Numbered from the stretch's first letter, positions 1 to 10,052 are shown. The stretch: 64,000 nucleotides of DNA from a virus (IMGVR_UViG_3300042258_000071:32001-96000); one strand, 5' to 3'. Translations and numbers: made by a program. The notes: generated by a model from the sequence alone, not told the origin.

Positions 1-1218
1 TGCAGACTGAGATCCTGATCCAGATAAAATGGAAGATGCTAGTGTAACCCTGTCCCCACTAGAGGTAAGGTCACTTGACGCTATAAATTCTGCAGATTCA
101 TTAGCGTGCAAGGTTTCAAGATAGACTGCATCACTAACCCCTTCAAACACTCCTCTTTGGGGGATTAAAAGGGTACAGATAGCAGTTATAGAACTTTCTG
201 ATGTGAGAGTAGCTGAAGGGAATTGTGTTCTCTCAGCGGCGGTTATAACCCCCCCGTCAGCACTAAGGTTTGCAGCGGCATACCCAATCCAATTTACATG
301 AGCATACCACTGACTAGAACCTTGTAGCTGAACTTGTGTAGAGGTAGAGTTCATATTAGAAATCGCAGATAGGAAAGAAGTGCCTTCTAATGAGACAGAA
401 CTTTCTTTAAAAATGTAACCATTAGAGACGAGAACTCCTGCACCTGCTAGAAATATCGCACCTCGTAAGTTTATAGTGCCAGCTAGAGTTAGAGAGGACG
501 CCCCCTCTAAAGATGCCTGACCTTCTTTAGTGATAACACCTCCATTAAGAAGACTGCTTTCACCAAGAAGAGTTACTCCTGCAAAGGTTTCTCTATGGGA
601 GATACCTGTAAGAGATCCAACCCCCTGTAATACAAGAGCTGGGTACTTAAAGACCTCTCCATCAGAAACAAGAGTGCTCTCTCCAGAAAGACTTACTCCT
701 GAGAAAGTTGTTCTAGATGCCTCTACAGAGAAAGTAGAAACTCCATCTAGGACAGATATCGCACGGGTTGTACGAGTACCTTCTGTTAAAAGAGTGCTGC
801 CACCTGTTAGATTGACATTAGCGGGTGTCACTCTGGAGGCATTTACAGATAGGGTCGTATCGCCTTCGAATGAAGCTGATCCGCCCTTAAAGATATGTCC
901 ACTGATGGACAGTGTCGATTCACCAATGAAGATCCCTACAGAAGCTAAAATAAGATCAGAGGATGCATAAACAGAAGCAATACCCTCTAATGAAGATGAT
1001 GCTTCCTTAGTGATGTCACCACTGGCTAAAAGTGTTCCTTCACCAGAGAAAATAGAATACCCTGGGCGGACAACGCCGCCCAGAGCATTTATAGTGGCAA
1101 CACCGTCTAATACGCAACCCGCATCAATAACTGGAGTACTGGATTCTGTTACACGGACGGTCGCATCCGTTGTAACTCGCCGGTCTCCATTTTCTGTTAT
1201 ACGAGGCGTATAGGCCAT
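1..1218 (-). CDS. Fibre-like protein with a 20-aa beta-strand repeat; 3' end runs off the window
   Basis: ATG at 1218 (MAYTPRITENGDRRVTT...). Manual translation shows no stop down to base 1. Repeats such as SGEGTLLASGDITKEASSSL and IGESTLSISGHIFKGGSASF. Not in the ORF track because it has no stop codon in the window. Confidence 0.85.
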   Translation of the reverse strand, partial: MAYTPRITENGDRRVTTDATVRVTESSTPVIDAGCVLDGVATINALGGVVRPGYSIFSGEGTLLASGDITKEASSSLEGIASVYASSDLILASVGIFIGESTLSISGHIFKGGSASFEGDTTLSVNASRVTPANVNLTGGSTLLTEGTRTTRAISVLDGVSTFSVEASRTTFSGVSLSGESTLVSDGEVFKYPALVLQGVGSLTGISHRETFAGVTLLGESSLLNGGVITKEGQASLEGASSLTLAGTINLRGAIFLAGAGVLVSNGYIFKESSVSLEGTSFLSAISNMNSTSTQVQLQGSSQWYAHVNWIGYAAANLSADGGVITAAERTQFPSATLTSESSITAICTLLIPQRGVFEGVSDAVYLETLHANESAEFIASSDLTSSGDRVTLASSILSGSGSQSA

Positions 1219-1223
1219 GGGAG

Positions 1224-1619
1224 TTACGCCAGGCTAATAGAGATGTTACCGATCGCAAACGTTAAAGTATCGCCGTCGTTCACAATACGTTCAACTTGGA
1301 GAGGACCGTGCCATAGCAGATTCCCTCCCGTTGCAGCAGTGTAAATGCCAATATGGGTCAGGGTTCCCCAGTTCCCACCGGCAGCTGTGAACGATACTGG
1401 GTTTTGATTCTCAGTGGTCCCGGCAGGCGATGTTGCAGCTGCAAAAGCCACAGACTCACGTGCGTATCCATTACCCACTGGCTCAGTAATTGTGGTTCCG
1501 GTATCTGAGGAGGCTGTCGAGGAGAGCCCAATGTACCACTGGGTTGGACGCGTCACAGTCTCCGCCGTCATCAGGTAGTCGAGTAGAAGCTTTTCACTAT
1601 AATCTGAAAGTGCACTCAT
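1224..1619 (-). CDS. Small phage fibre/structural protein (MSAxSDYxE family)
   Basis: MSALSDYSEKLLLD...GYARESVAF...WGTLTHIGIYTAATGGNLLWHG...GDTLTF resembles a widespread ~130-aa phage structural family. Confidence 0.75.
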   Translation of the reverse strand: MSALSDYSEKLLLDYLMTAETVTRPTQWYIGLSSTASSDTGTTITEPVGNGYARESVAFAAATSPAGTTENQNPVSFTAAGGNWGTLTHIGIYTAATGGNLLWHGPLQVERIVNDGDTLTFAIGNISISLA

Positions 1620-1647
1620 TATTAAAATCCTTTAATCAAAGTTTGCA

Positions 1648-2016
1648 TTAAACCCGGAACCAGATATCACCATCAGAACCCCCGGAAGGTCCTTGGTTAG
1701 AGACAGTAATTTTATTGTTAAGGGCGGTTGTTGCAGCAGTGGCTGCGTTAGATGCAGCTTGCTGGGCATCTAGAGCTGCTTGTTCTGCGGCCTCACGGTT
1801 GACTATAATATTTCCGGTCTCCGTAGACAAAGCAGTATCAAAGAGGTTTTTAATGTCTTTAATGGCTTTTGCAACAGAAGGAACATTTCCACTTTCAGTT
1901 GAGATTTCAGTGGCATCATCACTATGAATGATACTGTGAAAAATTGCTTCATCTGCCGCATATAAGTCTGCAGTCTCTCGGATATATTGATCAAGAATTT
2001 CATCATAACTTGGCAT
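1648..2016 (-). CDS. Short tail-fibre adaptor-like protein
   Basis: Contains TESGNVPSVAK (fibre N-terminal motif), an Ala-rich coil and C-terminal PSGGSDGDIWF. Confidence 0.6.
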   Translation of the reverse strand: MPSYDEILDQYIRETADLYAADEAIFHSIIHSDDATEISTESGNVPSVAKAIKDIKNLFDTALSTETGNIIVNREAAEQAALDAQQAASNAATAATTALNNKITVSNQGPSGGSDGDIWFRV

Positions 2017-2031
2017 CTGAGGTATCCTTAC

Positions 2032-2346
2032 TTATAATCTGTGACGGGCAGAAGTGTAATGTAGAATTCTATGAAAATAAAACATAGCATCTATGAGATT
2101 TTCACGATATTCAAATTGTGAGAGATCTGTAAGAGAACCAATCTCACGAGAGAGTGTTCCATCTGATAAGATGCGATATCGGCGATAGTATCTTTTAAAA
2201 GTCTCAATATGATACTCATCATAAAACACAGATCTATCAAGATATTTTTTAAAAGGATTACCCCGATATTGTTCGAACTCCCTAGGGAGGGACGGGGCAT
2301 AATACCCCGTTACTCGATTGGCTCCATCAATGTCAATGATGAACAT
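2032..2346 (-). CDS. Hypothetical protein
   Basis: 104-aa ORF packed tightly in the minus-strand structural operon. Confidence 0.6.
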   Translation of the reverse strand: MFIIDIDGANRVTGYYAPSLPREFEQYRGNPFKKYLDRSVFYDEYHIETFKRYYRRYRILSDGTLSREIGSLTDLSQFEYRENLIDAMFYFHRILHYTSARHRL

Positions 2347-2351
2347 ACATG

Positions 2352-4226
2352 TTAAACTTCAGCTAGAACGTAATTTAGATCAAAATTCACAGACGGTGGC
2401 ATGTTGTTACCGTCAGAAGTTCCAACTTTAAGAACCCCATCATCCGTAATTTTAACTTTTAAATAAAGACCAACGTCAGAGACAGCTGCCTGTCCTGTTA
2501 CCCCATTAGAAATGGCTGCTACTGGAATGTCAACATAAAGAGGAACAGAATTTGCATCTGTTAGATACAAGCGAACTTTTGTAATATCTTCTACTCGAAA
2601 ATGGGACGGGAGACGCGTTGTAAGATCTTGACTAAAACTATAAGTCATAAGTGGATTACCAGCTTCAAATACAAGATAAGGAACGTGGGGTGTTGGGATC
2701 ATTTTTGTGAACCATTTTGAGTCACTGTTAAACTCATCCCATGTCTGATCTCCACTTGGGAGAGCGACATTACTATCATTGGGCGTTGTGACGACAACAT
2801 CGCTCCCCATAAGAAGTTTCCAACAAGACTCTCGTCCAGAGAGATCTTCTATCGCAACGACTTCTTCAAGACCGATTACGGGCATACCAATTTGAAGATA
2901 TGCTCCCGATAAATATGAGCCATCACCATCATTGTAGATCACTCGAAGTTGGGGAGCGACAGAATATTGTGCATCTGACTCCCCCATGAGATCATACCCC
3001 ATGTCTTGTTGTCGAACATCACATGCAACAACAAACGGGTCACGCTCTGCAGTGAGATCAACAGATGCCGTAATATCCATCATGATTTTAGAGTGAACAA
3101 GTTTTATACGAAACTTAACCCGATCAGATACAACAACAGAAGGATTAGCACCTTCTTCTGCCGTATAGAGTTTGAAAATATTCCACCAGTGGAGCTGGGT
3201 ATCTACAGTGGTGAACGTACGACGAACGGAAGTCCCATTCCCTGTAACATCACCATATTGAGCGTTATTAAGAAGAATGCGCATAGCGTCCTCGACTCCC
3301 GTTAAACGGTTAAAGACCCCCCTCATGAGAGGACTTGTTGTAAGAGTATATTCTGTTAGGAAACTTTTATTTCCAAGATACTGAAGAATGTTATTAACTT
3401 CATCTGAAAGTTCTTTTACATCAAGATGATTGATCGTCCCACCGTACGCATGATAGGACATTTCGATCTCACCAGTGTATTCTTTCAAAATAAGAATATA
3501 TCGATACACTCCTGAAGTTTCAGAAGTTGTCTCTGTTCGATCAAGATCGCATCCAAAAATAACATAATCTGTATTTTGAACAAATGGAACACCGGTCGCT
3601 TTATCTCTTAATGAAAAAGAGGATCTAAAAAAAGCTCCATATGCAGGCGCTAAAATAGAGAGATTATCAAAGGTATTTACAAGTTGAACTTCATTTTCAA
3701 TGACATTATTAGAATTTGTCATATGTTGGTCAACATCAAGGGTTCTGACCGTCACATCATTTGGGATGATAGCATTCCCAATATTCGATGCAAGTATATT
3801 TTTAAGATGTGCAACATCCCCAACCAATTCCTCCATCATGGCAGGAGAGAGCTGGATCTGACCTCCTGAGGTATTATATTTTACCTGTACAGGGTAGAGT
3901 TGTTGATAGGATATACGAACAGGGATATTAATAAGAATTTCTTTAGTGATACGGATGCTTTTAACGAGACGTTCGTTAAAACTTCCATCGACCCCTTTCA
4001 TGAGGGCCATAGATGTTTCATCGACATCTAAGTCTTGCTGAACCTCCCATCCTCCGACACCTGGATTAATAATGGAATTGGCATCTGCAAGAAGTGACAT
4101 GACAATAGATGACTCATAAACAGGTGTTCCAAATTCAATAATTTGACCTGTTCGAAAGAGTGTAAGTGTTACACTATTTTTATAGTCAGGATCTTGTCCT
4201 GACAAGTCTGGTGTATAGTAACCCAC
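2352..4226 (-). CDS. phiKZ-like virion structural (baseplate/tail) protein
   Basis: 624 aa. LDVD...NNVIENEVQ...APAYGAFF...NTDY resembles repeated jumbo-phage baseplate domains. GTG start with an AGGAG RBS. Confidence 0.65.
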   Translation of the reverse strand: MGYYTPDLSGQDPDYKNSVTLTLFRTGQIIEFGTPVYESSIVMSLLADANSIINPGVGGWEVQQDLDVDETSMALMKGVDGSFNERLVKSIRITKEILINIPVRISYQQLYPVQVKYNTSGGQIQLSPAMMEELVGDVAHLKNILASNIGNAIIPNDVTVRTLDVDQHMTNSNNVIENEVQLVNTFDNLSILAPAYGAFFRSSFSLRDKATGVPFVQNTDYVIFGCDLDRTETTSETSGVYRYILILKEYTGEIEMSYHAYGGTINHLDVKELSDEVNNILQYLGNKSFLTEYTLTTSPLMRGVFNRLTGVEDAMRILLNNAQYGDVTGNGTSVRRTFTTVDTQLHWWNIFKLYTAEEGANPSVVVSDRVKFRIKLVHSKIMMDITASVDLTAERDPFVVACDVRQQDMGYDLMGESDAQYSVAPQLRVIYNDGDGSYLSGAYLQIGMPVIGLEEVVAIEDLSGRESCWKLLMGSDVVVTTPNDSNVALPSGDQTWDEFNSDSKWFTKMIPTPHVPYLVFEAGNPLMTYSFSQDLTTRLPSHFRVEDITKVRLYLTDANSVPLYVDIPVAAISNGVTGQAAVSDVGLYLKVKITDDGVLKVGTSDGNNMPPSVNFDLNYVLAEV

Positions 4227-4243
4227 AAAAGGTCTCCTACAAT

Positions 4244-4864
4244 TTAAGGCGTTTGCGATAGTGCAATAATTTTCTCTTCATATTTTTGAACCTTAGTTTG
4301 AAGAGACGTAATAAGAGTGTTTAAATCCTGAATCTTTTTAGACTGTAAATCCATGTTTTGAATATTAGCTTGTCGAGCTTGTTCGATGACATCCCACTCA
4401 GTCTGGGTCATCCATTTAACTTGAGGACTAAACAACTTACAGGTCTTATCAGTACCTGTTGATCCTGCTACAAAATCATTAAGCTCATTTACAATCCATG
4501 TAATTTTAGAAGGATCTTGAAAAACACCTAAACTCACACGAAGCGTCATGTCATAAGCTTTAATAATTTGAGGATCCGGTACCTCATCAATAAGTCGTGA
4601 AGGGACAAATATGACACGGTCAGGATCTTCGATGGAGGCTAGTTTTAAGACTTGGTCTTCTTTATAGTTCTTCCAGTCTGATGCAAAAGATTCATCAGGG
4701 TCGGAGTATGCCGTGTATGAATAGAGGTAATCAACAAAGTTAACACCATCATCAATGGCCGATTCAAAAGAGACCAGGTGCGTTAAGGTGTAGATCCCAT
4801 TAAGAACATTGAAAGGGGAAACAAATATAAATTTTGCAGTGGTACCAATGGATGGGACTATCAC
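4244..4864 (-). CDS. Conserved jumbo-phage virion protein with C-terminal coiled coil
   Basis: 206 aa; operon context; C-terminal heptad pattern. Confidence 0.6.
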   Translation of the reverse strand: MIVPSIGTTAKFIFVSPFNVLNGIYTLTHLVSFESAIDDGVNFVDYLYSYTAYSDPDESFASDWKNYKEDQVLKLASIEDPDRVIFVPSRLIDEVPDPQIIKAYDMTLRVSLGVFQDPSKITWIVNELNDFVAGSTGTDKTCKLFSPQVKWMTQTEWDVIEQARQANIQNMDLQSKKIQDLNTLITSLQTKVQKYEEKIIALSQTP

Positions 4865-4867
4865 GTA

Positions 4868-6244
4868 TTATGCTCCAACTTGATTTAAGAAACTGTCCTT
4901 TGTCATAACGTAATATTCCGTCGTCCCAACAATAAACGGAATATAAATAGAACCGTTCTCAATACGCTGAGGATAAAGTTCATTACTTACAGCGCCCGAT
5001 GCAACAGCAGCTGCCTCATTCAATCTTTGAGAGAAGAGTTTTGTATGTTGTTCCATGTTCGCATAACCAGGTTCCGATGAGGAATAGCTCTGATATGTTG
5101 GATGAATAGATTGTACAGAAGTATATGTTAAATTGACTTCATTTGGAACAGCTGTTAAGGTTAGCTGATCATAAGCCGCCCCCATAACTTCGATATTTTC
5201 TTCAATATAAGTCGGTGAATAAAAGGGGAGTGCAAGACGTGTGTTTTGGATCATCTTCCCGATCGGGCCCACATTAGGATAAGTGATCCCATCAGGTCTG
5301 ACTGCGGTAATGTTCCACTGAGGAATGAGGTAGAACTGATCCACAATGAACAATTCTGGAGCACGATCTCTCCAGTTCTGCTCCGTTCCAACTCCAGAAC
5401 CTAAGACTTCTTCACGAATGATGTTTCGAATATCAAGAATGCTTGGAACACGACCTTTATGAAGAATACCAAAAGGGAAATTTCTGATGTTATTTAGAGT
5501 GTCATGCATCTTAACATCATGAAGATAAAGGCCTGTTAAATTATCAATACTTAACTTAGGTGTGATAATGTCTCTAATACGTTCAGCGGCTTCCTTTGAA
5601 GGGTCAAACACATTATACCCGCCACCTGTCAGGGGGTTATTAAGAATGACCGGGTAAGAAAGAAGGGGTACCATCTCAACGATAGTGGAGAGAGGATATT
5701 CTTCCTTAAACTCAGCATCCCCGACCCAAATCTTAAAATCATACTCAACTGTATCAACACCATTGTTAGACGCAATTGTAAATCCAGCCCAAGTAGGAAC
5801 TTCAACAAGCGTCCCACCTGCACTGTATACAACAGCTTCTTTTCGCGTTGAAGACAGCGTTAGAGAACCTGCTTTAAAAATAGAATATGTATTTTGAAGG
5901 GTCGTATCAAGATTACTTACAGACTCAGAAGGTTCTGATAAGATAAAAACGCGATCAAGGATATTGAAGAAAGCATCTCTATCTGCAGAAGGAATGGTTT
6001 CAAAATCTCCTAAAAATGTAGGATATTCGTTACCATCAACCAGGAGATATGGTGCGGTATTAGAAATGTATCCATCGAACCATGTACGCGATGTCCGTCC
6101 GTCTTGAAGAGACTTTGTGTTGTTAAAATAAGAGGAAGATCCAACAGAAGGGATGAACATCCCCTCCGACACATACTGATCAACAACTGTCTCAGAAGGA
6201 AGAAAGGCGCGATCTTTATAAAAACCGTAAATAACGTCGGCCAT
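4868..6244 (-). CDS. phiKZ-like virion structural protein
   Basis: 458 aa; AAGGAG RBS; first gene of the operon, behind a late-type ATAGTATGAT motif. Confidence 0.6.
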   Translation of the reverse strand: MADVIYGFYKDRAFLPSETVVDQYVSEGMFIPSVGSSSYFNNTKSLQDGRTSRTWFDGYISNTAPYLLVDGNEYPTFLGDFETIPSADRDAFFNILDRVFILSEPSESVSNLDTTLQNTYSIFKAGSLTLSSTRKEAVVYSAGGTLVEVPTWAGFTIASNNGVDTVEYDFKIWVGDAEFKEEYPLSTIVEMVPLLSYPVILNNPLTGGGYNVFDPSKEAAERIRDIITPKLSIDNLTGLYLHDVKMHDTLNNIRNFPFGILHKGRVPSILDIRNIIREEVLGSGVGTEQNWRDRAPELFIVDQFYLIPQWNITAVRPDGITYPNVGPIGKMIQNTRLALPFYSPTYIEENIEVMGAAYDQLTLTAVPNEVNLTYTSVQSIHPTYQSYSSSEPGYANMEQHTKLFSQRLNEAAAVASGAVSNELYPQRIENGSIYIPFIVGTTEYYVMTKDSFLNQVGA

Positions 6245-6277
6245 TCGTGGCTCCTTTTGGGTTATAATTAAATAAAA

Positions 6278-6287
6278 ATCATACTAT
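6278..6287 (-). promoter_or_regulatory. Putative late promoter (ATAGTATGAT)
   Basis: The same motif precedes other structural genes; phiKZ late promoters have a TATG core. Confidence 0.45.
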
Positions 6288-6320
6288 CTCGGGGGTATCA
6301 GGGTTCAACACCCATTGACA

Positions 6321-6338
6321 TATATATTTCTATTTTGA
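6321..6338 (+). promoter_or_regulatory. Putative early promoter (TATATATTTCTATTTTGA)
   Basis: One mismatch to the copies at 11893 and 23365; lies 30 nt before ORF 6369. Confidence 0.6.
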
Positions 6339-6368
6339 TAACTATAACCTTAATCTCAGGGGATTTAA

Positions 6369-7067
6369 ATGTTTGGCGATTATCTTTTTATTACCATGTC
6401 TGGTGCACTGTTTGTTGCAATTATAGCAGCTAGTACTGCATGGTGCTCTTGTGGGATTAAATGTCTTCAGAAATATACACACTTAACCTCCAAAGACACC
6501 TTCATCATTTGGTTTGGGAGTAAACTTCTTGCAGTCATATTTACAGTGATTGGGGTTGTGATGTATAATCACATACCTGAACATATGCAAGGATCTTTTG
6601 TCTCTGAAGGTATTTCAGTGGTATCAGTCTTAATCTTAACCTGTCCTTATTATACTACACTGATACGAAGTGCATTTCATATAAGTATTTCATCTGACGA
6701 GCGTGCGGTCTTAGGAACTACACTTAAACAATACACTTTTCAAAAAGGAGATCGCGTATTTATGATTGCACGTCATATTCTAGGTATAACGATCATGCAA
6801 CTTTTTGTGGTCTTACTTCCAGCCTCCTCTTTACAGTACTTACCTTATATATACGGGAGTATAATCTTTAGTATATTCATCTCATATGTAGGGTATGCCT
6901 TCTTTCTAATCAATTATAAAGAGTGGCTCTCTGAGAGTGTCCTCACTTCTAAAAATATTTTCAAACATAAACAACTCGAAGGTTATCGCCGATTCTTCAC
7001 ATTGACATATACAGTGTCCCTTTTAAATGTATATTTCTTTATGGTGGCGAACCTTATAAACTTCTAA
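6369..7067 (+). CDS. Polytopic membrane protein
   Basis: 232 aa with about 6 hydrophobic segments. Confidence 0.7.
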   Translation: MFGDYLFITMSGALFVAIIAASTAWCSCGIKCLQKYTHLTSKDTFIIWFGSKLLAVIFTVIGVVMYNHIPEHMQGSFVSEGISVVSVLILTCPYYTTLIRSAFHISISSDERAVLGTTLKQYTFQKGDRVFMIARHILGITIMQLFVVLLPASSLQYLPYIYGSIIFSIFISYVGYAFFLINYKEWLSESVLTSKNIFKHKQLEGYRRFFTLTYTVSLLNVYFFMVANLINF

Positions 7068-7091
7068 ATGTAAAAGGTATGTGTTAAAATA

Positions 7092-7130
7092 GTATGATCA
7101 GGGTGGGATAGAATCTCACTCTTATCATAC
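7092..7130. terminator. Imperfect intergenic stem-loop overlapping a late-type motif (7089-7098)
   Basis: GTATGATCAGGGTGGGAT-AGA-ATCTCACTCTTATCATAC. Confidence 0.45.
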
Positions 7131-7167
7131 CTTATGTGTCATACGGTCCAATAAGTATAGGTGCGCT

Positions 7168-7539
7168 ATGAAAGTGTATACAACACCCAATAACAATAGA
7201 ACACATATTCCTAAAAAATATACTATCTTAGATGTCACCCTTGAAACTGGTGACCCTTCTTTTATACCTTCTCAAGACATTCGCGATCGATATAAAAGTG
7301 GGGCTATTGATCAGATGAAATATGTCGATCTTTATTACTCTGAAATGCGGACAAGTTTTGACACGTGTAAAAACAACTGGAAGAGTATTCTTGGGGAAAA
7401 AGATGTTGTGATCATTTACCCTGACCACCCTTCTGATGCAGTGCACCTCGATGCACTGATACAGATCATCAGTAAAATCTGCACGTATCTTGGTGTACAT
7501 TTTGAAGATGAGGGAGAACTTCAGAGTGTCACATCTTAA
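7168..7539 (+). CDS. DUF488-like protein, degenerate
   Basis: LDVTLETGDPSFIPS...YKSGAID...YVDLYYSEMRTSF...W pattern. The usual C-terminal Cys/His-Arg residues are altered. Confidence 0.5.
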   Translation: MKVYTTPNNNRTHIPKKYTILDVTLETGDPSFIPSQDIRDRYKSGAIDQMKYVDLYYSEMRTSFDTCKNNWKSILGEKDVVIIYPDHPSDAVHLDALIQIISKICTYLGVHFEDEGELQSVTS

Positions 7540-7560
7540 CATTAACCCTAACACCACCCC

Positions 7561-7595
7561 ATAAGGGAGAGTCGCTCCATGCGACTCTCCCTTAT
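7561..7595. terminator. Long palindromic stem-loop
   Basis: ATAAGGGAGAGTCGC-TCCAT-GCGACTCTCCCTTAT. Confidence 0.7.
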
Positions 7596-7679
7596 TATAG
7601 TCTGTATATTTTTTATTTTACCATCGTATAGTTGTTATTTTATTTATTTTTTAAGTAAAAGATAGAGGATATTAAAATC

Positions 7680-8165
7680 ATGTTAGTGTATTTTACAAAG
7701 CCTATTTGGGATCAACTTCACGCCCTGTTTCGAAGTGATAAAAATATAACACTTTCAATTATGGAAGAGAAAGATTTCCGACATGGGTATGATACGATTT
7801 TATATGGACACACTGAATTTGTAGAATTTATAAAAAAAGCATCTATTTACAAATCTAAAGAGTCGCATGAAGGTCTTAGAACATTCTGGGCACATTATCA
7901 TTCGAGTGATATTGAATTCAGGTTTGTATGTCATGAGGATATTTTAAGAGACATCGTTAAAGAAGCTTCTAATAGAAATGGCTCCCTGACATCCTTGTAC
8001 TTCGATTTTGCACACGATCAAATCTTGAAATACATTGAGCGGTATAAAAAAGAGCTTCTAAGACAGATCCTCATACATGCCGAAGTTTACGTAACACCAA
8101 CTTTAATACTAACAGTGGACAACACCATGGAAGTTACCTTCCCTCCGATAATACTGGTCTCGTAA
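7680..8165 (+). CDS. Hypothetical protein
   Basis: 161 aa; GAGGA RBS. Confidence 0.7.
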   Translation: MLVYFTKPIWDQLHALFRSDKNITLSIMEEKDFRHGYDTILYGHTEFVEFIKKASIYKSKESHEGLRTFWAHYHSSDIEFRFVCHEDILRDIVKEASNRNGSLTSLYFDFAHDQILKYIERYKKELLRQILIHAEVYVTPTLILTVDNTMEVTFPPIILVS

Positions 8166-8190
8166 ACCCACATAACAAAAGGACACGAGC

Positions 8191-8754
8191 ATGTTCCTCT
8201 TAGGATGCGGAACCATTATCACCTCCACACTTTTGGTACTTATAGGAAAACTAATACAGCATAAATATGTATTCCCTCTTTTTAGGTCTAAACGAGATAT
8301 GTGTTTCATATTTTATTTTGTATCAACCCTCCTTCCCTGGGTTATCTTCTGGGATGGATGGGATCTTTACTACTCTATTCGATATGAAATAATCCTAAAG
8401 TTAATGCTATCACTTGTATTAACATATGGCGTTGTCATAGGAACTTGCATTCTTGTGAGTTATATCCATTTTAAAATCATCTTACATAAAAGTATACACC
8501 ATCATTTAAAAACGATGGCTAATAGATATTTTTATCTGTCACTGTGTATCTGTTGGTCAATATATCTAGGGGTTATCCCGAATCTACTCATCTTCAGTCT
8601 CACAGTCCTTTCTATTCTTCCTTATTTCTTAAAATATCTTCCAACTGTTAGAACTATGTCGAGTAGATATGTCGACACTCTATATTGTGTTTTTTATCAG
8701 ACTTGTTACACCACTCTTGTCTTAACACTTCTTATTCTTGAAAATACACTCTAG
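8191..8754 (+). CDS. Polytopic membrane protein
   Basis: 187 aa, mostly hydrophobic; AAGGA RBS. Confidence 0.7.
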   Translation: MFLLGCGTIITSTLLVLIGKLIQHKYVFPLFRSKRDMCFIFYFVSTLLPWVIFWDGWDLYYSIRYEIILKLMLSLVLTYGVVIGTCILVSYIHFKIILHKSIHHHLKTMANRYFYLSLCICWSIYLGVIPNLLIFSLTVLSILPYFLKYLPTVRTMSSRYVDTLYCVFYQTCYTTLVLTLLILENTL

Positions 8755-8768
8755 AAGGATATGCTGGA

Positions 8769-8807
8769 TATATCAGAGAGTGGGTATAAGCCCCACTCTC
8801 TGATATA
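8769..8807. terminator. Long palindromic stem-loop
   Basis: TATATCAGAGAGTGGG-TATAAGC-CCCACTCTCTGATATA. Confidence 0.7.
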
Positions 8808-8845
8808 CTTATGACCACTCCACTAGGATTCGGGGACAGATATAC

Positions 8846-9403
8846 ATGACTTGGGATTTCCAATTTATTGTCTTATTTTTTAGCTTTATGATCGGATATA
8901 TGACAACGTCTGATTACGGGAAATATGTGGTCTTTACAAGGATATTGTCATATTTCTCATGGGGGATAGTTAACATCTTGTTCATCCTTGCGATCATGCT
9001 TGATAAGGGAGAGCATGTGTATCGCGGGGTTGCATTGATTGCACTGTTTTTAGTTCTATTTACAAGCACTTTCCCTTATAAGAAATCCTCTCTCGCGTCT
9101 CACATCCATTATACGAAGATCGTTCCATCACATCATCACAGAGTCATCATAGGACTCCTTATCATACATGGAAGTATTCCTCTTCTTTTAATGATGATTT
9201 TAAAATATTTATTTGGGTTTACACTTATCCCTTATCTTTATTTCATATATCCCGTTATGATTACAGGTATCTATATTCTAAGCTATCATAGAAACAGAGC
9301 CCCTCAAAATGTTCCGTCTTGGATATACGGAAGACTCACAGATGGACTATCTACTATGATGTTCGGATACGCTATCTATGAGACTCTATTTTCAACACCT
9401 TAA
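8846..9403 (+). CDS. Polytopic membrane protein
   Basis: 185 aa with about 6 TM segments; CTCCACTAGG upstream, as for the next gene. Confidence 0.7.
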   Translation: MTWDFQFIVLFFSFMIGYMTTSDYGKYVVFTRILSYFSWGIVNILFILAIMLDKGEHVYRGVALIALFLVLFTSTFPYKKSSLASHIHYTKIVPSHHHRVIIGLLIIHGSIPLLLMMILKYLFGFTLIPYLYFIYPVMITGIYILSYHRNRAPQNVPSWIYGRLTDGLSTMMFGYAIYETLFSTP

Positions 9404-9430
9404 CCAACCCTCCACTAGGGGAGTTAGATT

Positions 9431-10009
9431 ATGAATGACTTTACATATTACACCATCCTGGGACTCTTTACCCTAGCTCAAATATGTCGAGGACACATCT
9501 CTTTACAATACTGGACAGGCATCAGAACACAAGTTGAAACAGTACACTATTCAGGATGGATCATAACGTCATTTTTATTATGGTGTATTATCCTCTTTAA
9601 CTATGAACCAACCTTTACATATGTTGCTATTATCATAGCAAGTATTAGCACGTTTACATCTCTCCCCTTAAAAGTCTTTAAAGAACTCTATGATGATCAG
9701 TATTTTTATCCTTCAAGAAAGTATATCTATTTAAAACTCACAATGATAAATGTCACGATTTCAGGGATGTTAAGTATTTTTATTGACATATCAACCCATA
9801 GAGCTTTAACCTATCACATCTTAATAACACCTGTTGCAATATTCACATATTTAATACTGCTATTCTTCTATCTACATAAGAGACATCTAAAAAAATATGT
9901 CCCTAAATCTACAATTTATACATCGATATCTCTTTATCATCTTATCACAGCGTATAGTTATTATTATTTAATTCACTATACAGATCCTTTTGTTATTTTA
10001 AGAGGCTAA
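9431..10009 (+). CDS. Polytopic membrane protein, possible paralogue of 8846..9403
   Basis: 192 aa with similar size and hydropathy; CTCCACTAGG plus GGAG RBS upstream. Confidence 0.7.
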   Translation: MNDFTYYTILGLFTLAQICRGHISLQYWTGIRTQVETVHYSGWIITSFLLWCIILFNYEPTFTYVAIIIASISTFTSLPLKVFKELYDDQYFYPSRKYIYLKLTMINVTISGMLSIFIDISTHRALTYHILITPVAIFTYLILLFFYLHKRHLKKYVPKSTIYTSISLYHLITAYSYYYLIHYTDPFVILRG

Positions 10010-10018
10010 CATATAACA

Positions 10019-10052
10019 AGGTAAGAGGATGGGGATCCCCATCCTCTTACCT
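10019..10052. terminator. Perfect 34-bp palindrome between convergent genes
   Basis: AGGTAAGAGGATGGGGATCCCCATCCTCTTACCT. Confidence 0.75.

Noticed and set aside
530-1213. Plus-strand ORFs 530..970 and 1010..1213
   Set aside because: They are antisense shadows of the minus-strand repeat-fibre gene at 1..1218.
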